Positions 48,253 to 58,175 of a stretch of DNA of 64,000 nucleotides are shown piece after piece. Each line of letters begins with the position of its first letter. Position 1 is the first letter of the stretch. The DNA is taken from NCBI GenBank assembly GCA_963667015.2, contig CAXXJJ010000004.1:1056001-1120000 (forward strand), read 5' to 3'. The DNA is from Desulfatiglandales bacterium (GTDB lineage: Bacteria > Desulfobacterota > DSM-4660 > Desulfatiglandales > HGW-15). The translations under genes and the position numbers were made by a program. The notes under the pieces are model-generated. The model saw only the letters and a list, made by a program, of their open reading frames with translations. It was not told the DNA's origin and ran no database searches.

Positions 48253-50268
48253 ATGACGGGCGGATATACAGGAAAAATATTGAGGATTAATCTGACAACC
48301 AAATCAATCAACACTCTGGATACAGAAAAATATGAAGAGTTCGGTGGCGGATACGGTATGGGAACAGCTATTTTCTGGGATCTGGCAGTAGCTCCCGGTG
48401 AATGGGACATGAAGGATCCATATGATCCCCGGAACGTTCTTCCCATCATGGTCGGCCCTCTGGCAGCCACCGGTGTTCCGGGTTCAGGAAGAACCAGTGT
48501 TTGCGGATTATCACCTGAGACCTTCCCTACCAGTGAATTCTGGCGTGGTAATTTTGGCGGCCGGTTTGCCACCATGATGAAGCTTGCCGGATGGGATGGT
48601 GTAGTGGTTGAAGGCAAGGCCGATAATCCTGTATGGATCAATATTATTAATGACAAGGTGAAGATCGAGGATGCCAAAGAACTCTGGGGCCGGGACACCT
48701 GGGAAACACAGAGCAGGATCACATCAATGGTGGGCGGACAAACCCGCTTTGGCGAACAATGGCATGAAATCGACGACACCTACACTACCAACCGGCCTGA
48801 AATCCTCTGCATTGGTCCGATTGGTGAAACCAGATCACGAATGGCAGCTTTGATAACAGGCAGCGGAGTTAGTGCGCGAATCGGCGGACATGCTGCAGTC
48901 TTTGGCGCCAAGAATTTAAAAGCGATCAGTGTAGCAGGGACCGGTAAGGTTCAGGTAGCAGACCCGGAAGGCATTATTAAAGCAAGACTCCATCAGATGC
49001 AGGCGCCGGGTGCTGCGCCAACACAGCCAGGGGCAGCATCCTGTATGCCCTGCCTTAAGGGCGACCGGCGCAGAAACAACTATTACGGCGGAGAAACCAT
49101 GTGCGCCTGCTCGGGGTGGCTTGGCAGCCAGAAAGCATCGGATTCGGACCGGGCGGCTGAAGCATTGATTAAATACGGACTCAGCAGCTGGTCAGCCCAT
49201 TTTCATGCAGAAATGTTTTCACAAAATGTCCCTGATGCCCCTGCCTTGTTCAGAGGTAAGGTTCCGACGGATTCCGGACTTGGCTGGTATCTCCAGTACC
49301 TCAAACAGGAGGGTCTTCTTGGTCCCGGAAAAGAGATCGATTCCTATCCTTTACCCATGGATCAATGGGGCGACCTGAGTTTTCGTCTTGCTTTTCTGGA
49401 AGCAATTGCCAATCGTACAGGGATAGGCGATGCCCTGGCTGAAGGAACTTGCAGGGCAGCCGAGAAATGGGGGCGACTGGAAAAAGACAAGGAAAGCGCC
49501 GCCCTGCGATTGACTGCATGGGGAGCAACGACCCACTGGACAATGCCCTGGGTAGAATGGGCCTATGCCTACATCCTGGGAGCCGGGGACCCGGCCTGGC
49601 ATGGATTTATGGAACCTGTCGGAAAGCCGGCTACGGGCACTCTCGAACAATCTCTGGAAAAACTGTCAAAGTGTACCATCCCCTATACTGATGATATTTT
49701 CATGTTTAACTATGCATGGAAAGGCGAAGAGGCCTGGAAGACCGGAATCTATTCCCCGCATAAGGCAAAGCAGGTAGCCTGGAGCCGCCACTATTCATCC
49801 TTCTGGAATGAATCCATGGCCTTCTGCGAAATGTTCCTTCCAGAGTTGGGCAGCCACACTCCGGAAATGGAAATGATGTATTACAAAGCCGTAACAGGCA
49901 AGAATGACTCCTTTGCCGATACCATGCGCATCGGCCAGAAAATCTGGACCCTGGAACGGGCTATCCGTGTAATGCACGGAAGAAGCCGGGAAAAGGAAGA
50001 CTTCTTTCCATACATGTATATGCCTGGAGCATCCGGTATCGCCATTTATGGTGGAGTCCCCATTTATGAAGACGGTAAATGGCGTAATGACAACTGCCGG
50101 GATATGTATCTGGACAGAAAGGGGGTGAACGACTTTAAAGATCATTACTATGCCCTTGAAGGCTGGGACAAAGAACATGGCTGGCCCACTAAAAAAACAA
50201 TGGAAAAACTCGGGCTTAAGAGAATGGTTAAGCCGCTTAAAGAAGCTGATAAACTCGGAAAGGCGTAA
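48253..50268 (+). CDS. aldehyde:ferredoxin oxidoreductase (AOR/WOR) family catalytic subunit
   Basis: GGYTGKILRINL, GG.F...MK.AGWDG.V.EG, IGP.GE, FGAKNLKAI, GD.LAEG, YY...GWD...G.PT...LGL. Confidence 0.9.
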   Translation: MTGGYTGKILRINLTTKSINTLDTEKYEEFGGGYGMGTAIFWDLAVAPGEWDMKDPYDPRNVLPIMVGPLAATGVPGSGRTSVCGLSPETFPTSEFWRGNFGGRFATMMKLAGWDGVVVEGKADNPVWINIINDKVKIEDAKELWGRDTWETQSRITSMVGGQTRFGEQWHEIDDTYTTNRPEILCIGPIGETRSRMAALITGSGVSARIGGHAAVFGAKNLKAISVAGTGKVQVADPEGIIKARLHQMQAPGAAPTQPGAASCMPCLKGDRRRNNYYGGETMCACSGWLGSQKASDSDRAAEALIKYGLSSWSAHFHAEMFSQNVPDAPALFRGKVPTDSGLGWYLQYLKQEGLLGPGKEIDSYPLPMDQWGDLSFRLAFLEAIANRTGIGDALAEGTCRAAEKWGRLEKDKESAALRLTAWGATTHWTMPWVEWAYAYILGAGDPAWHGFMEPVGKPATGTLEQSLEKLSKCTIPYTDDIFMFNYAWKGEEAWKTGIYSPHKAKQVAWSRHYSSFWNESMAFCEMFLPELGSHTPEMEMMYYKAVTGKNDSFADTMRIGQKIWTLERAIRVMHGRSREKEDFFPYMYMPGASGIAIYGGVPIYEDGKWRNDNCRDMYLDRKGVNDFKDHYYALEGWDKEHGWPTKKTMEKLGLKRMVKPLKEADKLGKA

Positions 50269-50274
50269 ATACAA

Positions 50275-50299
50275 AGACGGGTTTAAAACCCGTCTCTAC
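50275..50299. repeat. REP palindrome, copy 3
   Basis: agacgggtttaaaacccgtctctac immediately after the AOR stop codon. Confidence 0.8.
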
Positions 50300-50479
50300 C
50301 GGAAACCTTGAGGATATCAAAGCTAACCTTTCCATTATTATAAAAGACGGATCAAATGGAGTTCACAACCTTAATTATGCGCTTGAGATAATGTCTCGGG
50401 CAAATAGACAGCTAAAGAAAATTATAAAGGCGAAGACAATACTATCTGCCTTACTGCCGGCCAGGTGGATACGGTTTGT

Positions 50480-50663
50480 AAAATCTATGAAGGCGCCTGA
50501 TAGTATTATCTACCCTCACACAAAAGGAGGAGGCATGATGGGTAGAGGAGGTGAAGTTTACCGAACCCGTCCGGTATGCGCATATCCCAAACACGCTAAA
50601 TATGAAGGAACCGGAGATATAAATGATGCAGCTAATTTTGAATGTGTTGATCTTAAGAAATAG
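50480..50663 (+). pseudogene. C-terminal remnant of a tannase/feruloyl-esterase family gene
   Basis: KAPD.I...RTRPVCAYPK.AKY.GTGDINDAANF.C is the typical C-terminus of that family; the rest of the gene is missing. Confidence 0.7.
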
Positions 50664-50916
50664 ATTTCAGTATTAAGAAACTTTTGATCCCACACCCCTG
50701 CCTGAGTCAATTACCTATCATTACAGACAGGGGGTGGAATCAATAAAGATATAACAGGATTCACTCCCCTCTTTTCCTTTTTCCAACGCTCATATTTTAA
50801 GTCTGATAATTGATTTGTATTCAAAGGTGTATTATATTAAAAATGAATTACAAAACATGGACGAATATATTTTAACGGCCATATTAAACACCTGTGAGTA
50901 ATGAGAGGACATTTTA

Positions 50917-51507
50917 ATGGAAGACAAAAACGACAGGGAAACCAGAAAACCAAATATCAGGATACTCCTGTTTATACCCATCGCAGCAATTGCATTATAT
51001 CTATTTGTAATGCTGCAGAACAGCCCTCCTTCAAACGTTGATCTTGAGCCCTCTCAAGCACAAAATGGCCCGGCAGCACCCAATTTCACTTTGCAGGGAC
51101 TTGATGGCAGGATGGTCAGCCTGAGTGATTTTAAGGGAAAAGTTGTACTTCTAAACATCTGGGCAACATGGTGTGGTCCCTGTGTTTCTGAAACACCTTC
51201 AATTGATAAACTCCATAAAATGTTTGAGGATGAGGATTTTGCTCTTCTTGCTGTCAGCATAGATGAAGGAGGGAAAAAGGCTGTAGAACCGTTCATGAAG
51301 AGTAAAAAACTTAGTTTTCCAGTCCTTTTAGACCCGGAAGGTCGTGTTGCCAGGCTTTACGGAACTACGGGAGTACCTGAAAGCTTTATAATCCGGAAAG
51401 ATGGCACCGTTGATAACAAGATTGAAGGTGCAATCGACTGGACCTCACCAAAGGTTATTGAATATTTCCAAAGTCTGATTAAGGAACCTTCTCCGAGATC
51501 GATATAA
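50917..51507 (+). CDS. TlpA/ResA-family thiol-disulfide oxidoreductase
   Basis: N-terminal TM; APNFTL, VVLLNIWATWCGPC..E.P, GVPESF. Confidence 0.92.
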   Translation: MEDKNDRETRKPNIRILLFIPIAAIALYLFVMLQNSPPSNVDLEPSQAQNGPAAPNFTLQGLDGRMVSLSDFKGKVVLLNIWATWCGPCVSETPSIDKLHKMFEDEDFALLAVSIDEGGKKAVEPFMKSKKLSFPVLLDPEGRVARLYGTTGVPESFIIRKDGTVDNKIEGAIDWTSPKVIEYFQSLIKEPSPRSI

Positions 51508-51527
51508 TCGATCCAGCTCCCCTGTAA

Positions 51528-51752
51528 TTAAAAAGGTAAATCTTCGTCGTTATCGATATCGTCGAAGTCATCATCATAATCATAGGGCATCACGTCAGCA
51601 GCCAGGCTAAAAAATACACCTAAAGAATCACTCAAATTTTTTACAATTCTACTGTATGCCTCTTTTTCATTAACATCTTTTGCTTCAGCCATTTTTTTTA
51701 GTGTAGCACTCAATTCATTTGATAAATCTACTATTATTTGTTCAGGATCCAT
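51528..51752 (-). CDS. small hypothetical protein with acidic DLPF tail
   Basis: 74-aa ORF, RBS GGGGA, SSB-like C-terminal DDIDNDEDLPF. Confidence 0.6.
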   Translation of the reverse strand: MDPEQIIVDLSNELSATLKKMAEAKDVNEKEAYSRIVKNLSDSLGVFFSLAADVMPYDYDDDFDDIDNDEDLPF

Positions 51753-51955
51753 ATATTCCCCTATGTTTGGTTTATTAAATTTTTCACGTCAAAAGTTTAT
51801 TTATTATCAAAATCGGACTCCTTGTCAAATCAATGTTCAAAAAATTATTATTTGATTGATTGTATGCCAATCTTGACTTAGAACAAAGTTTATTTTTTAC
51901 TAAATTACAACTTTAATAAATCGATTACTGAAATAACATTTAAAAGGAGCTATTT

Positions 51956-52618
51956 ATGTCTGAGCATTCTGAACATCTTGATGGAGCTATCCTTCAGAGA
52001 GATAAGGAAACCTATGCAATTGTACCCAGAACCCCTTTAGGCCTTATAACACCTGAAGAACTGGAATCAATAGTTAATGTCGTAAAAAAATATCAGATCC
52101 CAATAGTAAAAATTACATCAGGGCAGAGAATGGCCCTTGTTGGTATTAAAGAGGAAAATGTAGCCCCCGCATGGAAGGATCTGGGGTTAGATGTGGGAAG
52201 AGCCACTGAATTGTGCGTACATTATGCACAGGCCTGTCCCGGAACCGCCGTATGCAGTTTTGGAATGCAGGATTCACTGGCTATGGGCACTGAACTTGAA
52301 AAGATGTTTATTGGTATGGAACTCCCCGCAAAGGTCAAATTCGGGGTTTCCGGGTGTCCATTCTGCTGCGGAGAAAGCTATGTCAGAGATGTTGGTGTGC
52401 TGGGAAAGAAAAAAGGCTGGACAGTCATCTTTGGGGGTAACAGCGGCAACAAACCGCGTATTGGAGATGTTGTAGCTGAAAATCTGACAACAGATGATAC
52501 AATTGATCTGGTTAAACGATGCCTTGAATATTATGCAGTAAACGGAAAGAAGAAGGAACGTACATCCAAATTTATGGATCGTATCGGGATCGATGCCCTT
52601 AAAGAGGCGGTGTCTTAA
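51956..52618 (+). CDS. nitrite/sulfite-reductase-like ferredoxin-domain protein (4Fe-4S/siroheme module)
   Basis: GAILQRDK.TYAIVP, KITSGQR, ACPG...C, KFGVSGCPFCC.E. Confidence 0.85.
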   Translation: MSEHSEHLDGAILQRDKETYAIVPRTPLGLITPEELESIVNVVKKYQIPIVKITSGQRMALVGIKEENVAPAWKDLGLDVGRATELCVHYAQACPGTAVCSFGMQDSLAMGTELEKMFIGMELPAKVKFGVSGCPFCCGESYVRDVGVLGKKKGWTVIFGGNSGNKPRIGDVVAENLTTDDTIDLVKRCLEYYAVNGKKKERTSKFMDRIGIDALKEAVS

Positions 52619-53563
52619 TTAAAATGTATACTTTGTCCCTGCAGTATTAAGAAAAAAGGCATCGGGCATGGCTTCCATGAATGCTGTTACAGCCTCAAAT
52701 CCGGTACAGTGAAGCGGTGCTACAATATCAGGGCTTACTGACTGGATGTCAGCAATTGTATTGCTGATTTTTTCCTGACTGGCATTTATCAGGTGAAAGC
52801 CCCCCATAATGGCATGTACTTTTTCCAGACCTGTAATACTTTTGATGTGCTTTACCGTATTTACAATCCCGGCATGTGCACAACCGGAAATAATAATAAG
52901 CCCTTTTCCTTTTACATTAAAGAAAAGTGCCTGCTCACCCCCGAAATCATCCGGGACAAGCCTTCCCTCTTTTTTCACAAGAAGGTTCGGGATCGGGGTT
53001 TCATAGGGGGTTGAGCGCTCAATATCGCCGGAGATATATCCTCCGGGAATAATCTCCATCGGCTCAGATATTTCCTGTACAGATACCCCGGATGCCTCAA
53101 GATCCACTTTATCCAGCTGCCCGAGATCCATTGCTGCGTCTGATCCTGGCCGTAATGAATATCTATTCAGGAAGGCCTCTTTTCCAACATAAAAAGGTGC
53201 TCCCTCCTTAATCCTGGTTCTATTGAGATTCAGGATACTTGCAGCACTCAAATAGTGATCAAAGTGACCGTGACTTAGCCCAAAGGCATTAGCTTTTCCG
53301 ATATCAATACCTAGGAGTTCCATATTGTTTCTGACACCTTTATAATCCATACCAAAATCAAACATGCATGCACCTGTTTTGCCATTTGATTGGGTTTCAA
53401 TATAGAATGCTAGGCCATGCTCTGCATGAATGCTTTTTCCTGGAGAGGAGCCATATCGTTTTGCAAATTCTGTATCACGTCTGCTGGTATCATAGTAGTT
53501 GTCAGTAACGACATAAACTGTAACACTGTCCGCATCAATAACTGCAAGATTCTTTGTTCTCAT
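52619..53563 (-). CDS. MBL-fold metallo-hydrolase
   Basis: AEHGL, LSHGHFDH, SGCAHAGIVN, GGFHL, HCTG. Confidence 0.9.
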   Translation of the reverse strand: MRTKNLAVIDADSVTVYVVTDNYYDTSRRDTEFAKRYGSSPGKSIHAEHGLAFYIETQSNGKTGACMFDFGMDYKGVRNNMELLGIDIGKANAFGLSHGHFDHYLSAASILNLNRTRIKEGAPFYVGKEAFLNRYSLRPGSDAAMDLGQLDKVDLEASGVSVQEISEPMEIIPGGYISGDIERSTPYETPIPNLLVKKEGRLVPDDFGGEQALFFNVKGKGLIIISGCAHAGIVNTVKHIKSITGLEKVHAIMGGFHLINASQEKISNTIADIQSVSPDIVAPLHCTGFEAVTAFMEAMPDAFFLNTAGTKYTF

Positions 53564-53786
53564 TTTTCATCCTTTAGCCTGCATCCGGTTTATTTTGAGT
53601 ATAAACATCCATAACTAATTTTTTAAACCATGCTGGTTTTTCAACGACAACATAGATTAGTAAAATTGTTGTAAAAGGTATAGGAATAACCGTATCCAAT
53701 ACTGCAAGAATAATTAAATAGATTAATAATTTTACTGTTGTCTTCATAAAGTCCTTTAAAATTCAATTCGTGTTCAGTAGCAGATT

Positions 53787-54320
53787 CTAAGGTTTTTTAG
53801 TTTTAGTTTCTATATTCTGCCTGATCTCATGAATTCGTCTATGCATTACTGTCATAACAATACGGATTTCTCGTATCAGCAGAATAACGCCAAATACTAT
53901 TCCGCCTACTGCAACCACACCCAGCAGGAGAACAAAGGATAAAAAAACGGTTTCAACTGCCTGGGATTTGAGCATTGTACTTACTGATCCCAGTAATGAA
54001 ACCAGGGCCACCAGTGCAAAGCATGATAGAGATAAATAAAAACAACGCATAGCCTTTAAAAGCAGCAACCCCCTGGTTTCAGCGGTAGTGAACTCATCAA
54101 CCAGTCTGCTCAGCCTGGGAGGAAATATATCATCACCGCTGGCATCAATTTGTCTGGCTATTTCCTTGGCCATATCTATTGCCCGTGCAAAACGGTTACT
54201 TGTACTCATGGCAAGCAGGGCACAGGCGTTCGTAAGAACAGCAGGTGCGACAATAAATGTCAGCATTATAAAGGGATTTGACTGGAAACCAACAGAGGAA
54301 CTGATATCAGGCAGTGACAT
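53787..54320 (-). CDS. DUF2721-like membrane protein
   Basis: IVAPAVL.NA..LL.MSTSNRFARAID; three to four TM segments. Confidence 0.7.
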   Translation of the reverse strand: MSLPDISSSVGFQSNPFIMLTFIVAPAVLTNACALLAMSTSNRFARAIDMAKEIARQIDASGDDIFPPRLSRLVDEFTTAETRGLLLLKAMRCFYLSLSCFALVALVSLLGSVSTMLKSQAVETVFLSFVLLLGVVAVGGIVFGVILLIREIRIVMTVMHRRIHEIRQNIETKTKKP

Positions 54321-54364
54321 ATGAAATCTCCAACTCGTAAATATTTTTTGTATATCTTATAAGG

Positions 54365-56659
54365 CTACTGAGGATTCCTGACGTATTCCTGTTGCACACT
54401 CTTTCTGGTTAACCAATCGACTAAAATTTCTCCAGTCTCCTGAAGCATACTGTCCTTTTGCTGATCGCTGTCTTCTTCCTCTTCTGCCTTTTCCATTTCA
54501 GCATAATCTTTGTAGATTTCTTCACCAAGGGCCTGCCTGCGCCTGTTCTCTATGGCAAGCAGACGTTGTTCTGTTGTTTCACGTTCCGTTCTTCGCTCTG
54601 ATTCATTCAGGGATGCGACTGTTTTTTCCCTGGCTTCTTCCAGAAATATTACACGGTCATTAAGGTATTGAAAATCCGGATTTTGCTTTATGCGTTGCTC
54701 ATGTAATAAATCGAGATAGTGTATGGTTGGAGCCATATCAGCCAGCCTGTTATAATTTGCCGGCTGGATCTGATCCCATGCCAAGGTCTGAGGTAAAGAA
54801 CTTTCACCTATTTCATCCTGATCAATAATTGTTGGGAAAACAATATCCGGAATAATTCCTCTATTTTGAGTACTGTCGCCATTGATCCTGTAGAATTTGG
54901 CCTGGGTATATTTAACCCGTCCGGGAGTAAGGGGCTCCATGCTTTGAACAGTACCCTTTCCAAATGTCTGACTGCCAATAATAATACCACGTCCATAGTC
55001 CTGAATAGCACCGGCAAATATTTCAGAAGCCGAGGCACTCAGCCGATTCACCAGCACAGCCATGTGCCCGCTATAAACAAGTTTCGGATCAAGATCCCGG
55101 ACCAGCATTACTCTGTTATCAGCATCCCTGATCTGGACAACAGGTCCGGTGGTAATAAAAAGACCCGTAATATCATCTGCTTCCTGCAGAGAACCGCCAC
55201 CATTGTTGCGCAGATCAAAAATCAGGCTGTCAATATTTTCATCCAGTAATTCCCGGATCAGTTTTTCCACATCACGGGTACTGCTCCTGAAATCTGGTTC
55301 GCCTGCCATAGCGGCTTCAAAGTCGACATAAAAGGCAGGCAATTTTATAACACCAACCTTGTATAGAGTGTCACCGCGTTTAACTTCGATTATTGATTTC
55401 TTGGCAGACTGCTCTTCTAGTTTTACGGTATCCCGCGTAATGGATATGATTTTGGTTTTGCTTATGTCAGAAGTTTCAGGTATTATTTTTAATCTAACGA
55501 CAGTACCCTTTGCTCCACGTATGAGATCAACCACATCATCCAGTCGCCATCCCACAACATCCTGCAGCTCACCTTCTTCACCCTGACCAACGGCTACAAT
55601 CCGGTCTGCAGTATGTAATTCCCTGCTTCGTTCTGCGGGACCTCCTGCAACAAGCTCTTCTACTTTTACATATCCATATTCACTTCTAAGTAAAGCACCA
55701 ATGCCTTCCAGCGATAAACGCATATGGATATCAAAATTTTCCGATTCAGCCGGCGGAAAATATTCCGTATGCGGGTCATAACAGTGAGTATAGGCGGTAA
55801 TAAAAAATTTAAATACATCATCACTGTTAGCCTGATCAAGTATACGTAACTGATTTTTATACCGTTTTGTGAGAGTTGTCGAAACTTCCTCCTCCACTGT
55901 GTCGCCGTTTTTTTTATCCAGGTCGGCATTATCAGCAGGGATACTTTCAGGTTTTTGTTCCTGCATCTCCCCATTCTCTGCGGGTGTAACATCAACCTTC
56001 TGAGGAGGAGAATCCTCTTCATCAGGCTTTTCTTCAAGCTTTAAATTAAGTATTTCATTTTTAAGCAAACGCCGCCAGAGATCTTTTGCCGCATCCATAT
56101 CAGCATACCAGGGTAGGTTGTCCCGATCCAGCTCCAGATATTCATTTTTAGTAAAATCCAGAGAATCAACGCCTTTTTCCAGTAATTCCAGTGTATACTC
56201 CAGCCGCTGTTTTCTTCTCTCGTGGTATCGCCTGTAGATAAAAAATGCAGATTCAAGATTTCCTTCTTTCAAATCTTCATCAAAGCTATAACGGTATTTA
56301 GAAAATTCATCAATATCAGCGACAAGGAAATGAGCTTTGGCAGGATCAAGCATTTCTATGTAGTTATTAAATATCTTTTCGCTGAATTCATTGTCAAATT
56401 GTTCATCCAGATAGTGATACCTTTGCAGTTTTTTAACTAATGCCTTTGTTGTTTTTGCCTGCTCTTTTGTTGGAACAAGTAGACCTGGAACAGGTTTGGC
56501 CTTGCCGCCTGTATCAGCATCAGTTTTCTTAAAATTACCTGCCAGTAACAGGCCGGAAATAATAATCAGTGCAAGTAATAAAACCTTAAATGATGAGAGA
56601 AATCGAATTTTATTTATCATAACTTTGTCTGCATTATTTATGAAAGGGTTTATTAACAA
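54365..56659 (-). CDS. prc: carboxy-terminal processing (tail-specific) protease, S41A
   Basis: DPHT.Y, SLEGIGA.L, PDZ region, DLRNNGGGSL, SASASEIFAGAIQDYGR, TFGKGTVQ, KFYRING.STQ..G. Confidence 0.93.
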   Translation of the reverse strand: MLINPFINNADKVMINKIRFLSSFKVLLLALIIISGLLLAGNFKKTDADTGGKAKPVPGLLVPTKEQAKTTKALVKKLQRYHYLDEQFDNEFSEKIFNNYIEMLDPAKAHFLVADIDEFSKYRYSFDEDLKEGNLESAFFIYRRYHERRKQRLEYTLELLEKGVDSLDFTKNEYLELDRDNLPWYADMDAAKDLWRRLLKNEILNLKLEEKPDEEDSPPQKVDVTPAENGEMQEQKPESIPADNADLDKKNGDTVEEEVSTTLTKRYKNQLRILDQANSDDVFKFFITAYTHCYDPHTEYFPPAESENFDIHMRLSLEGIGALLRSEYGYVKVEELVAGGPAERSRELHTADRIVAVGQGEEGELQDVVGWRLDDVVDLIRGAKGTVVRLKIIPETSDISKTKIISITRDTVKLEEQSAKKSIIEVKRGDTLYKVGVIKLPAFYVDFEAAMAGEPDFRSSTRDVEKLIRELLDENIDSLIFDLRNNGGGSLQEADDITGLFITTGPVVQIRDADNRVMLVRDLDPKLVYSGHMAVLVNRLSASASEIFAGAIQDYGRGIIIGSQTFGKGTVQSMEPLTPGRVKYTQAKFYRINGDSTQNRGIIPDIVFPTIIDQDEIGESSLPQTLAWDQIQPANYNRLADMAPTIHYLDLLHEQRIKQNPDFQYLNDRVIFLEEAREKTVASLNESERRTERETTEQRLLAIENRRRQALGEEIYKDYAEMEKAEEEEDSDQQKDSMLQETGEILVDWLTRKSVQQEYVRNPQ

Positions 56660-56906
56660 TCCTTTGCAATTACAAAGGTATTTGTCCTACAACAAGTGAA
56701 CCCTGAAAATATCAGGTAACCTGTTATCTGTCCAGTAGTTTACTGGCTGAATCGGTTTTTAAGCGCCAATAAAAGTGAATCCACATCAATGCTTTTTTAT
56801 ATCTTCGGATTTTCTCAGTATTTCTTTAATTTCCTTTAGCGTTCATTAGCGGTTCCCGTGGATTTTAATTATACTCTTGATGTTCTTCTCCGATTGATTT
56901 TCTATT

Positions 56907-58175
56907 TTACAGATCTATATACGCGGCCCTGAAACCAATATCAGGAAAAATAAAATCACGTGTCTCCCGCAAATAGAAATCCCATAGCCATCCCGGGGAA
57001 GCATCCCACCATGATCCTCCGCGTGCAAGCACACGCTCACCATAATTCTTGTAAAAAAATATGCCGTTACTTGCCGGATTATCAACAGGAAACAGGCCGA
57101 GTTCCTTAAGGATAATATGCGGCTGGACACAGGCAAGGGTGTCATAAAACATATTAAAAACATAACTGTAATCAGTTTCAGGTGTCATCTCACCCGTGTA
57201 GTTAACATTTTCTATTTTTGTACTAAGCCTGCTTCCTCCTTCAACCATCACAACCTTTTTCGTATCAACTCCGGGGTTTACGCCGTCATACTTGTATGTA
57301 TCATCACTGCCCGGTTCGACAAATTTACCCTTCAGATTAATAGCCTTCCATTGTGTGCTGTTAATACTTTCATCCACATTCAGTGCGCTGTCATTGTCCG
57401 GGATCACCTGGATTTCGCCATCCATTATTCTGATGCCTGAGACCCAGTCAAAGACATTTCCATTAAGATCTGAAATTCCGAATGGAGACCCATCATGATT
57501 CCATGAATCCGGCCCCGAGCCTGTAAGTGTTCTTGCAGAAGGAGTAGCACTCAACTCGTTTTCTGGTGAAAGTATGCCCCGTTCATGTGTAGCGGCATAA
57601 GCAAGTCCCCAGTGTGAGTTGCCATGGGGAACGCTGTTATTTTTCATGCACCAGTGTGAGATAGCTGCCCATTCAGCATTCGTAAATAAATGCCAGCCTT
57701 TGCCCTTTCTGGCACATGCCTCACGTGCATCATCGATGGTAATTGTATGAGCAGGATCCCTGCCAGGGAGAGAATAGGCCCTGCCGTTTTCTATTACATT
57801 AAGGTATTTACTGATATAGATATAGTCCAGCAGCTCGCCGTCTACAAAAAAAGCTGAGCAGGGCTTATCCTCGCCTCCTTTGACAACATCCGACCAGTTA
57901 AAGCGCGGAATACGAACCATTACCGAAGGCATCCCCAGATCGTCAAAAAGCAGGGTATTCTTTCCTCCCGAAGCTGCTTCAAGGGTAAATTTTGCAGAAT
58001 CAAATTTTGATATATCTTCGGGTTCAGGCTGTTTGTAATCCTTACACTTCTTTTTTACATGCCTGTGCAGCCTCGGAAAACCAAAATCACAGGGTTCACC
58101 CACTTCAATTTCATAAATAACCTTTGTTCCGTCAGATAAATATCCGTACTGTTGGCCTTTAGGTAGTTTTTCCAA
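56907..58175 (-). CDS. FGE-sulfatase/C-type-lectin-fold protein resembling phage Mtd-like DGR targets
   Basis: ASGGKNT.LFDD.GMPSVMVRIP.F, ISKY.N, GWHL.TNAEW, RTLTGSGP.SW.H, DLNGNV.DW, RGGSW......GFR; TTG start with RBS AAGGAGG. Confidence 0.75.
   Translation of the reverse strand: MEKLPKGQQYGYLSDGTKVIYEIEVGEPCDFGFPRLHRHVKKKCKDYKQPEPEDISKFDSAKFTLEAASGGKNTLLFDDLGMPSVMVRIPRFNWSDVVKGGEDKPCSAFFVDGELLDYIYISKYLNVIENGRAYSLPGRDPAHTITIDDAREACARKGKGWHLFTNAEWAAISHWCMKNNSVPHGNSHWGLAYAATHERGILSPENELSATPSARTLTGSGPDSWNHDGSPFGISDLNGNVFDWVSGIRIMDGEIQVIPDNDSALNVDESINSTQWKAINLKGKFVEPGSDDTYKYDGVNPGVDTKKVVMVEGGSRLSTKIENVNYTGEMTPETDYSYVFNMFYDTLACVQPHIILKELGLFPVDNPASNGIFFYKNYGERVLARGGSWWDASPGWLWDFYLRETRDFIFPDIGFRAAYIDL

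Noticed and set aside
56695..56730. Possible DGR template repeat (ccctgaaa..aatatcagg resembles the end of the CLec gene)
   Set aside because: Match is only ~17 nt with a gap, is explained by a small hairpin, and there is no RT nearby
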